From Utricularia gibba (lineage: Eukaryota > Plantae > Magnoliophyta), in NCBI GenBank assembly GCA_002189035.1, contig CM007990.1, positions 3,348,001 to 3,412,000 on the forward strand: a stretch of DNA of 64,000 bases, in the 5' to 3' direction. Under the pieces are notes generated by a model. It saw only the letters and a program-made list of their open reading frames with translations, had not been told where the DNA came from and did no database searches. Below are positions 37,041-50,073 of the stretch, piece after piece. The first letter of the stretch is position 1, and the number at the start of each line of letters is the position of its first letter. The translations under genes were made by a program, and so were the position numbers.

Positions 37041-38599
37041 ATCTGTGATCTATACTGGAGGAAATAAAGTAGAAAGAATAAAGAGAAACCAACGACAACA
37101 TACAACAAGTAAACACACGAATCAATTCTGAAGTCAACAAATTTAAGGTGGGAAACTCCACACAAGGAATGCATACGCAATTGACAACTAACCCATGCAC
37201 CAAAGCCCTCACATATCAGTGTAATCGCTAGAGATATCGTCTAGCAGCAACCCTATGTCCAAGCAGGTGAACACACCAAAAAATGGAGTTAGTGGGGAAG
37301 TAGGAAAAGTAATCATTATATAAAGGGTTGGTATTTTGGGAAGGGGTATATAGGTAATTTCATATATACATTCATCATATACCACATTTATATCTATGTA
37401 TCAAACATGTTTCATCTTAAATCCAAATAAATTAAACCTCTCAACCAAACACAAATAATCTTCTAAACCCATAAAATCTATTTATCTAAATCTAAATAAA
37501 CTAAATTCAAGTGAAGACATTACCCACCAACTAAAGACACCCTTAGTGACTCCCTTTTGAACTCACATCATAAGACCTATTTAGTCTTCTACCTTGGAAT
37601 GCAAGTGTTCATCATGTATTAGGTGAAGATGAGGAAGACAAAGTCATTGAAGTACTAAGTGGCACTCAAGAGGATCATTTGATACTATGCATGAGCATCC
37701 CCTTATAGGGTGGACATGAACAATCAATGACTTATTCCATCAATAATTGGTGTCACACCCATGAAAATATCAAACAAGGTCAAATGCTTGTAGAGATTAC
37801 CATAGTTATTGAATCTAGGAAGCCCTCCATGGAATTTGATAGCGAGGACTCAACATATGATTGATTACATGGAGGGGGAAGGGATAGTAGGTGTACATGC
37901 CCAACAAGCAACTCTTCTCTCTCTCATTAGCTTGGTAGGTCTCGACAACCTGTTTCATAGGATCTACCTTCTAGGAGTAGTCCCTACATGCAGCATCTTC
38001 ACACATCGAGTAGTTTATGGAGGGCTTGCGACTTTGTATGGTTGTGTTTCTTAATACTATTCAATTTAGTCACTTGTTTGCTAGCTCTCTTACATTAGGG
38101 TCATAGATTAGGTGAGTAGTACGGGAGTAAGCCTCACATATCCTATCATCTTCAACATAGTAAGTGTTATCCCAACTATCCCTTATCTCAATAGGAACTA
38201 GATCACCAAAGGTTTTGACCTCACTCAAGTGTTGTGGATCTTTCTTCAACTCCTAATGGCTTATGTTCCTCTCAAGAAAGTTGCACAAAGTTCTAAAAAC
38301 TCCACTGTGAGATATTAGAATGCCTCTACCATGTCCTTCATCTTCTAAAAGTAAATGGCAGCCTAGGCTTTAGAGTAGTAGTTGCTTGCATGAGTGATAG
38401 GGGTGCAGTCCTCTAACTGACCCTATATTTGTTAGTCTGTTGCTTCTCATTTACTATATGAGAGAGTTATAAGAATCATTTTTAAGACTCTATGCTTAAA
38501 CAGTCTTTATTTCTACACTCTTGCCACAACAAACTTAGAAAACTTTTAGTTGGCATTGTTATCTCTCTTAAGATAAGTTCAGTTACGGACAAGTCGCAT

Positions 38600-40200
38600 C
38601 CTCTAATTCAGGGTTACTCATACGCCAGGGAAGAAATTTTACTAGGCATGTGGTGAAGAAATGAAGCAAATACATAAGGAAAGTTGGAAGAACTCTAATG
38701 GAATGCTTCGCCTTCTTTGAGTACTTTCCTTTCCCAAAATATTGGTCCTTGTTTAATTTTCTCTTCTTACTTACATACCTACATAAAGGTGGGTGACAAG
38801 ATGAAAAGTTTCTTTTTTACTATATTTTTCTCTCTACATTAACTATTATTGGTGATATTCCTATATTTTAGGGAAAGACCTTTGACTTTCATCAAACTAG
38901 ATCGAGATAACAATCAATGTGGCATTTGGAACCAACGAGATATTGGATTTAGGAATATGGACCTCATCAGACAATGGCGGGTTGCTCTTCAAAAACTAGC
39001 CTCATTGAGGATGCTACTCTTTCCTTCAATTTTAACAACTAAACCGTGCTTTTGTGACCTAATGACTGGGAGCATAGAGGGTCTTCCTGAAACTAAGAAA
39101 ATTTGCTATGAGAAATGGGGAGTATTTTCCTTCAGTTTAATAGTTGTAGTTTCCCGCCGCTACCATTCATTGCAGTTTTCCATCTATGCTTTTATATCTA
39201 CCCAAATCATGTATTTGGTTTGGATGATTGGTTGAACATCCCCTCTACCTTGAGCCACATCCTTGGTTTGTACCATATCTTGAGGATGCATATCACATGG
39301 ATTAAAAAATATGGAAGGAGGTCCCATCCCATGCCAACTCTCGTTCTACAAAGATGGGAGTCTTGCCTAGCTAATCCTACAACCACTTGGTGTTTTACCT
39401 TAATTCTAGTTGTGAACTCCCAATGGCCCTTAGCTAGGAAAAAAATTTCCCACCTTTTACGCAATGATGATGTTTACTTTCCTCGGTGCCTTTGTGGTGG
39501 CATAGGATTTTAGTTGATTACTCCCTCGTGGCACTCGGAAACCTTGATTAGGATCTACACTTAAGTCTAGTTAAGTTGTAAATGGCTTTTGAGACCCAAT
39601 GAGAAATTTGAAGATTCAATCCATAGTTGCGATTCTTTGGAATCTTGTATCTCATGGCCATGCTTGATAGAGTTTTATATTAGAATGAGTTGATATTCAT
39701 TTTTCTAATGAAGCCATCAGGCATGTAGGTGCCAAAGGGGAATATGATACCTTACAAGAGCAAGGTAAACACTTACTTCTAACTTCCCTAGTTTTCCATT
39801 TGTGAAACTTTCAAGTTGAGTGATGTGTTTATGGGTTCTGTAGGTTGTAGAAAAAGACATGCTCAAGCAAGAGACCCATGGAGGTGACATCTCTCATGTC
39901 ATAGAATTGGTGGGATCTTAAGCCCTTCATAAAGGGTTACACCAAGGCCTCCATGAGATGACTTTGTGAGGCAATTGCAGCTATTGTGTTGATACCTCAA
40001 TAAGCTCCATGCAAAGTTCTCTTCTACATGGTTGATAGATGTCACTAGCAATACTCATTTTACCTAGAAGTAGTTGAGGACTTCAATGCCAACATGGCCC
40101 TCTCTAAATAATTTACCATGATGGAGGAGGAAATCTCTCAACTAGTAATGCAAGGCAATGAGAAAGCCATTACAGGCTGAGGTGCATCATACAAATAGAT
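38600..40200 (-). pseudogene. Heavily decayed Tat/Ogre-like Ty3 gag-pol remnant
   Basis: Weak motifs only: EALV*PFMKGLRSHQF..TSMGLLL (gag-like, about 39850-39960) and GMGWDLLPYF (integrase-like, about 39310-39340). Confidence 0.35.
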
Positions 40201-40599
40201 TTTTTGTCGAGGTGATCTCATAGCTAATACTTTGTAGGAAATTGGAACAAGAGCTAAAGAAAGAGATAGAGAAACCAAGGGTCCTAAATGAAATCAAGTG
40301 GACCTCCACTCTACAAATGGTAGGTTATTTCACAATGGCCCTAGATCACTTCTTGAGCATATGATGTTGTGTCAAAATTGGTAGTATTTGTGGTATTTTG
40401 AGTGTTAGGATAATGAATTAGGTGAGTTCGAATAGGAAAAAATGTTAAAATTAGAGTTATCAAATTTATTTCATGTAATAACTTGCTTTGGACCAGTTTT
40501 GTGTTGATTTGCTTGTTGGGGCGAATTTATTTTTCATTCAAGCCTAGCAACGGCCAACCCATTTGGACCTGGTCATGTATTCTAATCACTCTATGTAGT

Positions 40600-40880
40600 C
40601 ATTATTAGTTCAAGGGCAAAATGAAAATTGCGCATTTGCATCCACGAGGAGATAAGACTACCCAATGAGAAATAGTGAACATAAGCAAAGCTTCCTCAAG
40701 GAATGCAATAGGGCAAATGCAATCGAGTATAGAGAAAATGGAGACTTTAGACGTTGAGAAAGTTTTTTCCGATGAGTTTGAACCAGTTTCAAGGAAGAAG
40801 ACAGTTCTAGCATCATAGTGGAACTCACCTCCAATGCTTGATGCCCTGCAAAACGGCAATCTATCTATGCAAAGAAGACT
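40600..40880 (+). pseudogene. Athila integrase C-terminal remnant
   Basis: GQNENCAF../..TLRKFFP..GRRQF*HHSGTHLQ resembles TITKVFPYG..FKVNGQRLK. Followed by Athila-like non-coding sequence. Confidence 0.35.
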
Positions 40881-42435
40881 ATGGAAGCAGTTCCCGAGTG
40901 ACAATAGAGCTACATCCATCACCTAGAGCAATAACAGAATGCTAGGAACCTTCCCAACAAACCCCCTAAAACTAGTCTGCACACGAGAAGAAGAAGCTAA
41001 CGCACATACTAGGATCTAACTTGAAACCTTGAAAAAATATTTTATTTTGTTCACTTTCTTTCTATGCTTACTTTCATGAACATGCTCATGTTTTACATTT
41101 CTAGCTTGAATGTTAACCACATTGCCTTGTTTGCTTGTCTAAACCTGATTTCTTTGTTGTTTTCATTATTGTTTTCATGCCTAAATCGAAACAATAACCT
41201 GAGACTGTTCTTTTAAGCATGGTTAGTTTTCTATTAAGTGTAATGCTTACTTTTGAACTTTCAAGAATGCTAACCAACATATTTTGTTCTCTGTTGTTAT
41301 GTAGAAGCTATCTTATGCATTTTTACTAATCTCTTTAGAGTAGAAGCCCACATCCCAACAAAAACTATATGTGGATCGACTTGGACTTGCTACTACTGCA
41401 TTATTTTCCTGGTGAATGTGATATAGAATGCTTGTTCAATTTTATAAATAACTTTTGATGAGGAAAATCTTTAGGCCCATGACACCTTTTGAATTTTCCA
41501 TCCATTAGCAGATTATTCAGACTATTCACCTCTTTCGGCTTGATACAATATAGGAGATATGAGGATAGTTAAGCTTGGCTATAGACAAGAGGCTCTAGTC
41601 TGTTGTAATTTAGCAAACTAAAATCTCTCATGTTGTTCTTGGGGTGAGTGAAGTTGCTCAAAAGGTGGCCAAAGCAATGCTACTTAAAATTATAAATGCT
41701 AATTCTCAACGTGAAGATTATTCAGAGAGTGCTCAAGGATCAGCCCATGATGCATCAACTTTTGAGAAGCTGGTTCTCATATTGCTCAATGAGCTGACAC
41801 TCCCATGCCCAAAGAGCTCCAATGCTAGTACTTTAGGCTCTTATATTCACTATGTAATTGGTACATTTGACTTTATATTTAATTTAAATGGATGCCTTGC
41901 TATTTCACTTACTATTTTGTAACACAAGTAGCAGCCTAAATAGATAGCAACTAAGTGAAGCTACCATCAAACAACAATGAAAAATATTCATGCAATGAAC
42001 TAAGAAAACTATAAATAAAGTTCATAAAGTGTTTTAACACTTCTTCTTCAACAAAGCAGTTCGTTTTACCCTGATCTCTTCTTCTAGAGTTCATTTTCAT
42101 AGGTTCTCCTTCGAACTGCATCTTTCACTAGAAGGTGCACAATACCAACTACTCTATTTTCATGTTCTCACTCGTGTATTGTCTCTAATTGGGTCTTGAA
42201 TTTTCTCTCTCCTTTATAGGATATAGATCTTGTTATATGCTTCAGCTACTCTGTAGAAGTTGCTACTTATTCCCTACATTTCCTCCAGAAGTCATCGGAA
42301 AAATATCTCCCCCTAGCTAGTTGATAGTATTCTCCTCTAGATTTGATGGACTTTCTCTGAAGGATGGATTTCTTACTCTAGAGATTTCCTCAAAAATCAT
42401 GCACTTTTCATCCTTATTTTTTTTCTTTTATTCAT

Positions 42436-43688
42436 TGTTAAGTGTCATTTTTATGTCTAAATGCAATTAAAGTTATTTAGTTAAGAGTTTATGATATAAG
42501 GTTAAGGTTTTATCTAGATTAGGGTAATTATCATAAATCATGTATTTTATCTGATATATTTTCTAGTTTTCTTTTATTTTGATTAGAGGTAAACATGCAA
42601 AAGGAAAGGGTGAAAAATAGAATCACATGGCGACAAAATAGTTCTTCCCGAACGGACACTTTCTTGATTTTTGAAAGATTACACATGTCTAATAATGAGC
42701 CTTGGCGTGCAGTACATGGGCACCTCTAACAGATGAAATTATTAGCATACCAATGTTACAGCAGGAGCTTTCTTGCAAGTCACTCCAATCCGACAAAATT
42801 AGAGGAACATGAAAACTTGGATAGAGTTCGTTCAGTTTAAGTTTAGACTCATAGACAACTTTCAATTTCGAATTTTTAGTTTAGATTGTTGTTTATCCCT
42901 ATATAGGATTTTTTCTCTAGCTTCTATCTAGAACTTGCTTTCATTTTCCTTGCTTTATATAGGTGTTCGTAGTTAGAAAGTTTTGTTTCTAGGTTGAGAC
43001 TCCTAGTTCTACGTTTTGTTTGTTAATCTCCATTAATTCTTTGAATCTTATTGGTTTCCGTATGTCTACATACAATTATGTTATAGTCTTTCTGTAACAG
43101 CCTCTTTTTTCAAGATTTATGTTTTCTAATCACTACCTGCGAGTTTTGAAGAGGAGCAAGGTGGAAAGCACCAATTTATGCCCTTTTGGTTCGAGGGAGA
43201 CAATGTTTTGTCTATAACAGTACTTTAGGATCAATGGACAGATAGTGATCTCGTCTTTGGAATCATTAGGTCATTGGTGACACTTGGGCACATGCATCCA
43301 ATTCGACCATGAGGGAACGATGGTAGGACCTCTTATCTTCGCGTTTGTCCAAGAGTGAGCAATATCGAGCTAGTCTCGTGCCTCCTTGCAAGAGAGTGTA
43401 AGAGAAGGTAGGCAATTCCTTACTCTTATAACCGAGTACTCAAGAAGATTAAAGAAGAGTGAAGATGTGACAAATGTAGTTGGGTAGAATTCTAATCCTA
43501 AGAACATTCTCTTTATTTAAGGTTTATCACTTAAGTTTACTTTTGCTATTTGTTTCCAACCCCCTTACCCAAGCTTCATCATTTATGTCTCTCGTAACTT
43601 TTACTTTTCAAACCCGTTTATAAATCATGACATTTGTGTTCACATTTTACTGGAAAAACAATTTCTGGTGTTCAAAACGCGTAGTACA
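42436..43688 (+). mobile_element. LTR of another Athila-like family (probable solo LTR)
   Basis: Starts TGTTAAGTGTCATTTTTATG, has internal CCCTATATAGG, ends ..GTAGTACA. TSD not resolved. Confidence 0.5.
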
Positions 43689-43779
43689 CATTTGATGTGG
43701 AAACGACACGCATCAAATTTTTGGTGCCATTGTTAGGGAGGAGTTCTTCTCCATTGAACGAACGTTTCTTGCCAAAAAG

Positions 43780-44143
43780 AGGTAGCAGATGCCCTATTCA
43801 ACCACTGGAGATACAATTTGATAGTGCAATCCACCGAAAAAAGCCTAAAGGAGATGAATTTGATATATTGGGATGGTGGAAGAGTCAAATGTCTACTTAT
43901 CTAATATTGGCAATAGTAGCAAAAGCTGTTTTTACACCATTGGCTTCCACCATTGCTAGTGAGAGTGCTTTTAGTTTAGGTGGCCACATCCTAACTCCTC
44001 ACCGTGAGAGCTTGGCAGACAGCACATTGGAGGCATGTGTCTGCTTGAAGGATTGGGTGGCCGCTGATTTGAGATTACAGAATATCACGATGGATAAATG
44101 GGATGATGATGATGATGTCTCAAGGAATTCTGAAATTGATTAA
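43780..44143 (+). pseudogene. hAT dimerisation-domain fragment
   Basis: EFDILGWWKSQMSTYLILAIVAKAVFTPLASTIASESAFSLGGHILTPHRESLADSTLEACVCLKDW. Confidence 0.9.
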
Positions 44144-46721
44144 TTTTCTTAATATCTAATTTTTATGTCTTTTTCATTTAATATTTGTAAATTGATACTA
44201 ACAAAAAACAAGTTTTTAACTCCTTCTGTGTTATACACAGCCAAGCCTGGTAAAGGAGGAGGGAAAACACCTATGCCTCTCGGAATGGATTGTATGTCAA
44301 ATATCTATTGATGTCAATGAGGAAGATAGACATGCATTAAGAAGTATATTGCAATAAAAAAGATACATGATTGAAGATATTGTATCAAAATCATATCAAA
44401 TTTGAAGTAAGTCTTTCACCTCCTAAATATTTTTTCAATATCATATTTGGCTAACTAAATTAATTCTATGATATCATTTCAGAACATTCATGGTATCGAT
44501 CGTATTGGTCTATACCAACATCAAGACCAAATCATTATGAGGGGTGTTTTGCATGAAGTTCTCGAGCAAAACATCAATGTGAATCAACAAAAGGTAAATA
44601 AAGTAGTAATAACATTTAATTCTTTTATTTTTCTTTGAAGTTAAAAAAGTTTCTATCTATGCACTTTTGTATAGAAGATATTTCTGAAAAAGCAAATGAA
44701 GATGAGGAAGCTGAAATGCATGTCAATGAACAACTTGAGATTGTAGGAAAACACAACAAAGAACTCTTTTTAAACACATTCAACGAATGGAAAATAGGTT
44801 AATGATAATGAAACTTGGATTATTAATACATGTTAGACTTGTTTCTTTATATCTTCTAAGTTATTTTTTTCCTTTTTACATGAAAGGACTTATATTTGAG
44901 ATTTAATCACACAAAATGAAAGTGGAGCATTTGCTCTAAGAACAATCCATATACAAGATGGAATTGAGATGCAAAGGCAAACAATTGATCACCAAACAAT
45001 AAGAATCCATCAACTGTTAAATGAAAATAATAAATTTGTTAGAAAAAATAGAGATGATAGAAGAAGAATTACAACTTCACTGATTAAAAACTCAAACGTA
45101 TAAAAATGATGTTATAACAAGTGTTCAACAATGAGACATATGTTCTACAAGTGCAATTGCAAGCAAAAGAAAGGAAAAGGCAAAGTCAAATACAAGGGAA
45201 TGGGAAAATGAAAAGAGATATCAATAATAATGGTTTTCCTCTTCAGAAAAATTGAATTATTGTTTAGTATTATGTTCTAATCATCAAAATTTGATAATTT
45301 CATAGGTTTTGTCTATAAAAAGTTATTTTGCATCATTTTTTTGTGAAACTATTCTACAAAATCATCTAATATTTGGGTGTTGCCTCTAATTTTTTTAATA
45401 ACTAAATAATATTTTTTTCAAAAAAAATTAAAAAATTCAAAATAAAAAACAATCAAACAATCTAAGAAAGAGCCAATAACAATATTTGTTTTTTCTAGTA
45501 AAATTGATTTATTTCATAATATTATATTAAACACTTAACAAATTCACTTATTTCATAGGTAACGTTACACAAAATTGTTCTGTATTATTTTTTTTTATGA
45601 ATTTTCTTATGAAATTTTCTAATATATAGTTGATTAATCTAATTTTTAATAATTAAATGATACTTTTTTCAAAACCTTAAAAGAATCTTACTAATTAATA
45701 TTTCTATAAACTTATTTAATAGTAATTTTTAATTTAATAGTTTATGCATTCAATTTTTCTTTAAAATGAATAAATCTACTTATTTTTAATATATTATAAT
45801 TATTTCAAATTATAGTATGAGTTGTAAATAAATAATTAAAATAATAAAAAAAACTATTGATTCTTTCAAATTGTATATTTAAGAAAATTTACTTTTATTT
45901 TGAATAAATATAACCATTTATAATATGTTTGCCATTATTTCAAATTGTATTATAAATAATAAATAAATAAATATTTTAAATAGTAATTAAATATTTTTTT
46001 TCAAATGATTTAAAATATTTCTTGAAGAAAAATAGCGTTTATTAAAATCAACGAAATATTATTTTGAATTTTTAATTATAAAAAATAAAATAATTAAAAA
46101 AAATTAAAATATGATACCGAAATAGAATTAATGAATAAAATGAATTGATAAAATTATTTTATTTTTTATAACATATGATATTTTGTAAAAGAGATACACT
46201 CATTTTTATTTCGGTCCATTCCAACCGCTGCCAATCGCGACCCCAGTGAACCTACAAAGATAAAGCATTCGCGTGACAAAAACCTTAATAGTAATAAACC
46301 TTGGCCTTTTTCACGTAAGCTCCCTTTTGTACCATCATTTATACATGAAACGTGTAAACAACATCCGAGAATAATTAGAATAATACAGCAATGATTCGTA
46401 CGAGCAATTATGTGAGTCGTAAAAGGGTTTGGGATAAAATAAATTCTGAGAGGGGAGGAGGCACTTTCCTGAATCAGTGCAGTGAGAAGCTACTGATCCA
46501 TTAAGTATAAAATAAAATGGTTGAGGAAGCATAATGAACAGGTATCCGTTAATTGTGAACAAACTTTATTATTTATACCCAATGACGGCGATGGCGACAG
46601 TACGGCGGCGGCGGAATTCGGCACCTACGGAACCCAAAATCGGTCCACCAACCAACTAATCAAACCAACTCCTACTCTATCCATGTAATTAAGAGGTGCA
46701 TGCATTCCTATATATATTGAC

Positions 46722-47015
46722 ATGGAAATCCGTAAAAAGTGTTTCTTTCCCCAAGATCGCCGAGCTAAAATGAATCCGGTACCGCCGCGGCGTAACGAGA
46801 GAATGGTGACTTACGAGGAGTGCCTGAAAAACCACGCCGCGAATGTCGGAAAATATGCGGTGGACGGTTGCTGCGAATTTATGCCGGCGGGAGAGAACGG
46901 CAGCGGTGCCGCCCTTAGATGCGCCGCCTGCAGGTGTCACCGGAATTTCCACAAGAAGGTGGTGCGCCACCCCGATAGCTGCCGCTGTTTCGCCAAAAGC
47001 TCGAATCCGAAATAG
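46722..47015 (+). CDS. MIF: MINI ZINC FINGER protein (ZF-HD dimerisation domain, no homeodomain), 97 aa or 81 aa from ATG 46770
   Basis: Intronless, GC-rich ORF: [44 protein letters not shown]. Stops shortly after the finger. Confidence 0.9.
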   Translation: MEIRKKCFFPQDRRAKMNPVPPRRNERMVTYEECLKNHAANVGKYAVDGCCEFMPAGENGSGAALRCAACRCHRNFHKKVVRHPDSCRCFAKSSNPK

Positions 47016-48498
47016 GAGAAACACCAAACAGCTGAATTTGCATGCCTCACGTTTCCTTTCTAACTGTTTCACGTTCTTTCCCCGCTTTTGTTATCCCAAA
47101 ACCATCAAATTTGATCACTTCAATCTCTTTCATACTCATCAAATAATCAATCTTACATTCCCAACCCACTAAATGGGAGTGTTCTACAGACTTCTAGAAA
47201 ACGTGAGTTAAATCTTACATTCGTGTACTCCTTTGTACACGAATTTCGAGGTCAAAACATACACTTTGCAGGGTTCGTTGGTAAAAAGTTTTTTTAGTAA
47301 AATATATTGATTTGATAATTGATTTGCAAATTAATTGTGTCAGATTTTCTTATTATAAATTATTCTAAATTTTCAGATTTTTGAATATTATATATATAAT
47401 TTAAAATTTATTCTTTTATATAAAATATATTTCTGTTCCATTTACTTCTTCTTAACAAATAAAATCGATTTTTTTGTTATTACTAAATCTTACACATGGT
47501 TTTTTAAAAAAAGTATAATGTAATTTTGTCTTTGAGTTTTTTAATGTTTACTTACAAAAATTAATCGTAAACAACATATATTAAAAATTAAATTTTAACC
47601 TGAATATGTTAAATTCCCCCGAGAGGGTTTTTTTATTAAAAAATATAATTGAATATAGTCATGCTTCACAAATTATAAATCCAAATTTTCATATATCAAT
47701 AAAACTCATTTTGACATATAAACATATTACAAAATGCGAAAGTTAATTCCTATGATATTTTGCATTGAGTACATAAATTTATTTTCAATAAAAAATTTTC
47801 TTAAGTGATATTTAAGAAATTCAATTTCAAAAACTTTAAAATAATATAACATGTACTTTTAAGTTAATTCATTTTTAATATTTTAATTATTTAATAAATA
47901 TTACCCAACACTTCTATGTGATAAATTTTAGTAAGGTTGAGCTGTTTTTACTAAGTTTAGGCATCGCTATTCTCTCTTTGATCTTTCATATTTCGTGCGC
48001 AAGTTTGACGCCAGAAAAACATCTAATCATTTTTGCTTTTGCATAAGTGTTTTATTGAGACATCATTTATGGTGGATGTTATTGCTGAAAAATAAAGAAA
48101 CATAAAAATGATAACTTTTCAAAAATATAAAAACCATCATATATAAAATTTATTATTTTGGATTTCTGAGAAAATACAAAATAAAAATTATGTGCAAGTT
48201 TTGACTATTATAAAGCAATACTATTCATTAATCATTATAATACCATCATTTGCTTAATATGATTATAGAGTCAATCATGTTAGAGTCACTTGGTTTTTTA
48301 CCATAATACATGTTTTTTTATTTCTCACATTCCATTCAAACTCTTGCACTTTGCTTGGTAGTCATCATAGCTAAAAGGGATTTTTTAAATTAATATTTTC
48401 TTAAAACTAAATGTCCATCTTTAACTATAATCATCTTACCGCTTCCCTTTATTTAAAGGCATTTTTTTATTGAAAATAAAGGTGTGTTTTATCATTAG

Positions 48499-48912
48499 TG
48501 TGGCTTCGTTAGAGGATGTTATTACACTTACCTCTGAATTTTAGGGAAGGTCATTGGGTCATATCGATGTCTTCATTATACCAAATTATCGGTCATAACC
48601 CTAACTTTTAAATTTTAGGGATGGTTACTAGATCGATATCCATGTCTTCATTAATAGAAGTTTACCAGGTCGTTATCCTTATCTCTTTATTTTAGGGTAG
48701 TTACGTGTGCCTTCGTTAGAGGATGCTATTGGGTTATTACAGTTACCACTGAATATGAGGGAAGATCACTCGGTCGTTACCCCATGCCTTCATTGTAAGA
48801 GGCTATTGGATTATTATCCTTAACTTTGAATGTTAGTAGCAGGTTATCAAATCATTTTCCATGCTTTCGTTATATGAGGTTATGGGGTAATTATATATAG
48901 TTACCTTTGAAG
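48499..48912. repeat. Degenerate minisatellite, six units of about 65-77 bp
   Basis: Anchor (C/T)TTC(A/G)TT at 48504, 48571, 48646, 48711, 48788, 48865. Units 1 and 4 share cttcgttagaggatg. Confidence 0.75.
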
Positions 48913-50073
48913 TTTTTCTTCTTTTAGGCGTAGGGGGGCGTAGAAGCCCCTAGTGATGGTTAGAGATGATGATGATTATGTGTAGAGCGCATGCCTAGGT
49001 GTCCTCTCATTATGTTTTATAATACATGTTTTCTCAATTTTTTAAACTTATAAAGTAAGCATCCTTTCTAGTAAATTGGGTGTTTTTAATATGAATTTTG
49101 ATATTTTCGTATTTTCCATCTGATTTATATTTTTATGTGTAAAAATAGACTAAATGTTTGATTTAGTCCACTTTTGATTCTTAATGATGATTTTCATAAA
49201 GTCTTACGTCTAAAAATCAATGATATGTAATACAAGATGAGGGTACAATACGAACAATGGATGGACAAATTAAGGGGCAAGTTGTTCTTAGGTAGAAACA
49301 ATAGTAGCCGAAATGAAGATTTTGTATAAAAGGACAAAAATAGCAATAGCTAAAAAGTTGGAAAAAACAAAAAAATAAAAATAAAAATAGTACACAGAAT
49401 TGCTGAGGAGAGAAAGAAAAAGAGGCAAATTGGAGATTTTGCACACTCCAAGGACATCTTTCTGAAGTAATTAAATGTAGATAACCATCATATTCCTTGA
49501 TTTTTAGGTGATTCATTGTTGAATCATCACCTTCTATATATCATAAAGAACGAATTTAGTAATAGAATGAACATGGAATTAACCGTAAATCAACTTTGTT
49601 GGTATTGTCATTGATATTTTCAATGGTTTGAAATGATCTATCTACTCAAGGTGAAAGTTTAGATTATCTCTTTTAGTTATGGTTTATCATTTAAACTTGT
49701 TTCTATAATTTACCTTACAATCTTTTTACTTAAGTTCCATCATGTAAGTTTCTCTTGTTATTTACTTTTGTAATCTCATTTACAAAATTGTGACAATTTA
49801 TATTTAGTTTAAACTTCACATCGGTGCTAGGGAATTAATTATCTTTGTGTTTGGTGTTATGTGTTAGTTTAATTTTTCTTTTTTTTTCTTTCTTCTTTTT
49901 CTCTTTTTTAATATTTCATTTTTTTTTGTTTCTTTTCTGCTCAGTTTTTCTTTTATGCAGCCAATTCATCAAGATTTGGTTCAAGTCTTACATCTTACCG
50001 AGAATTTACATATCTTTTGGATCAAGAGAGATTAAATAGACGTCCTATTCTTGAGAGCATGGTGGGCCTTTAG

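Larger units (their letters stand above)
34320..37542. mobile_element. PIF/Harbinger copy B (inverted relative of copy A): FCP1-like last exon (+) and Myb/SANT ORF (-)
   Basis: 34388-34550 matches 16103-15915; 34560-35300 matches 15900-15310; 36954-37400 matches 15270-14850. PIF-like terminus CCAACTAAAGACACCC|TTA at 37527-37545. Confidence 0.8.

Noticed and set aside
43697-44143. 148-aa ORF as an intact hAT-derived gene
   Set aside because: Non-ATG start, N-terminal part derives from sequence next to an LTR end, and only the dimerisation domain is present.
46689-47172. Antisense 127-aa and alternative-frame 109-aa ORFs over MIF
   Set aside because: Shadow ORFs expected from GC-rich coding DNA; no motifs.
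48499-48912. CRISPR-like array or true interstitial telomere
   Set aside because: Eukaryotic context, no invariant repeat with unique spacers and no cas genes. TTTAGGG occurs only as isolated heptamers, not tandem runs.
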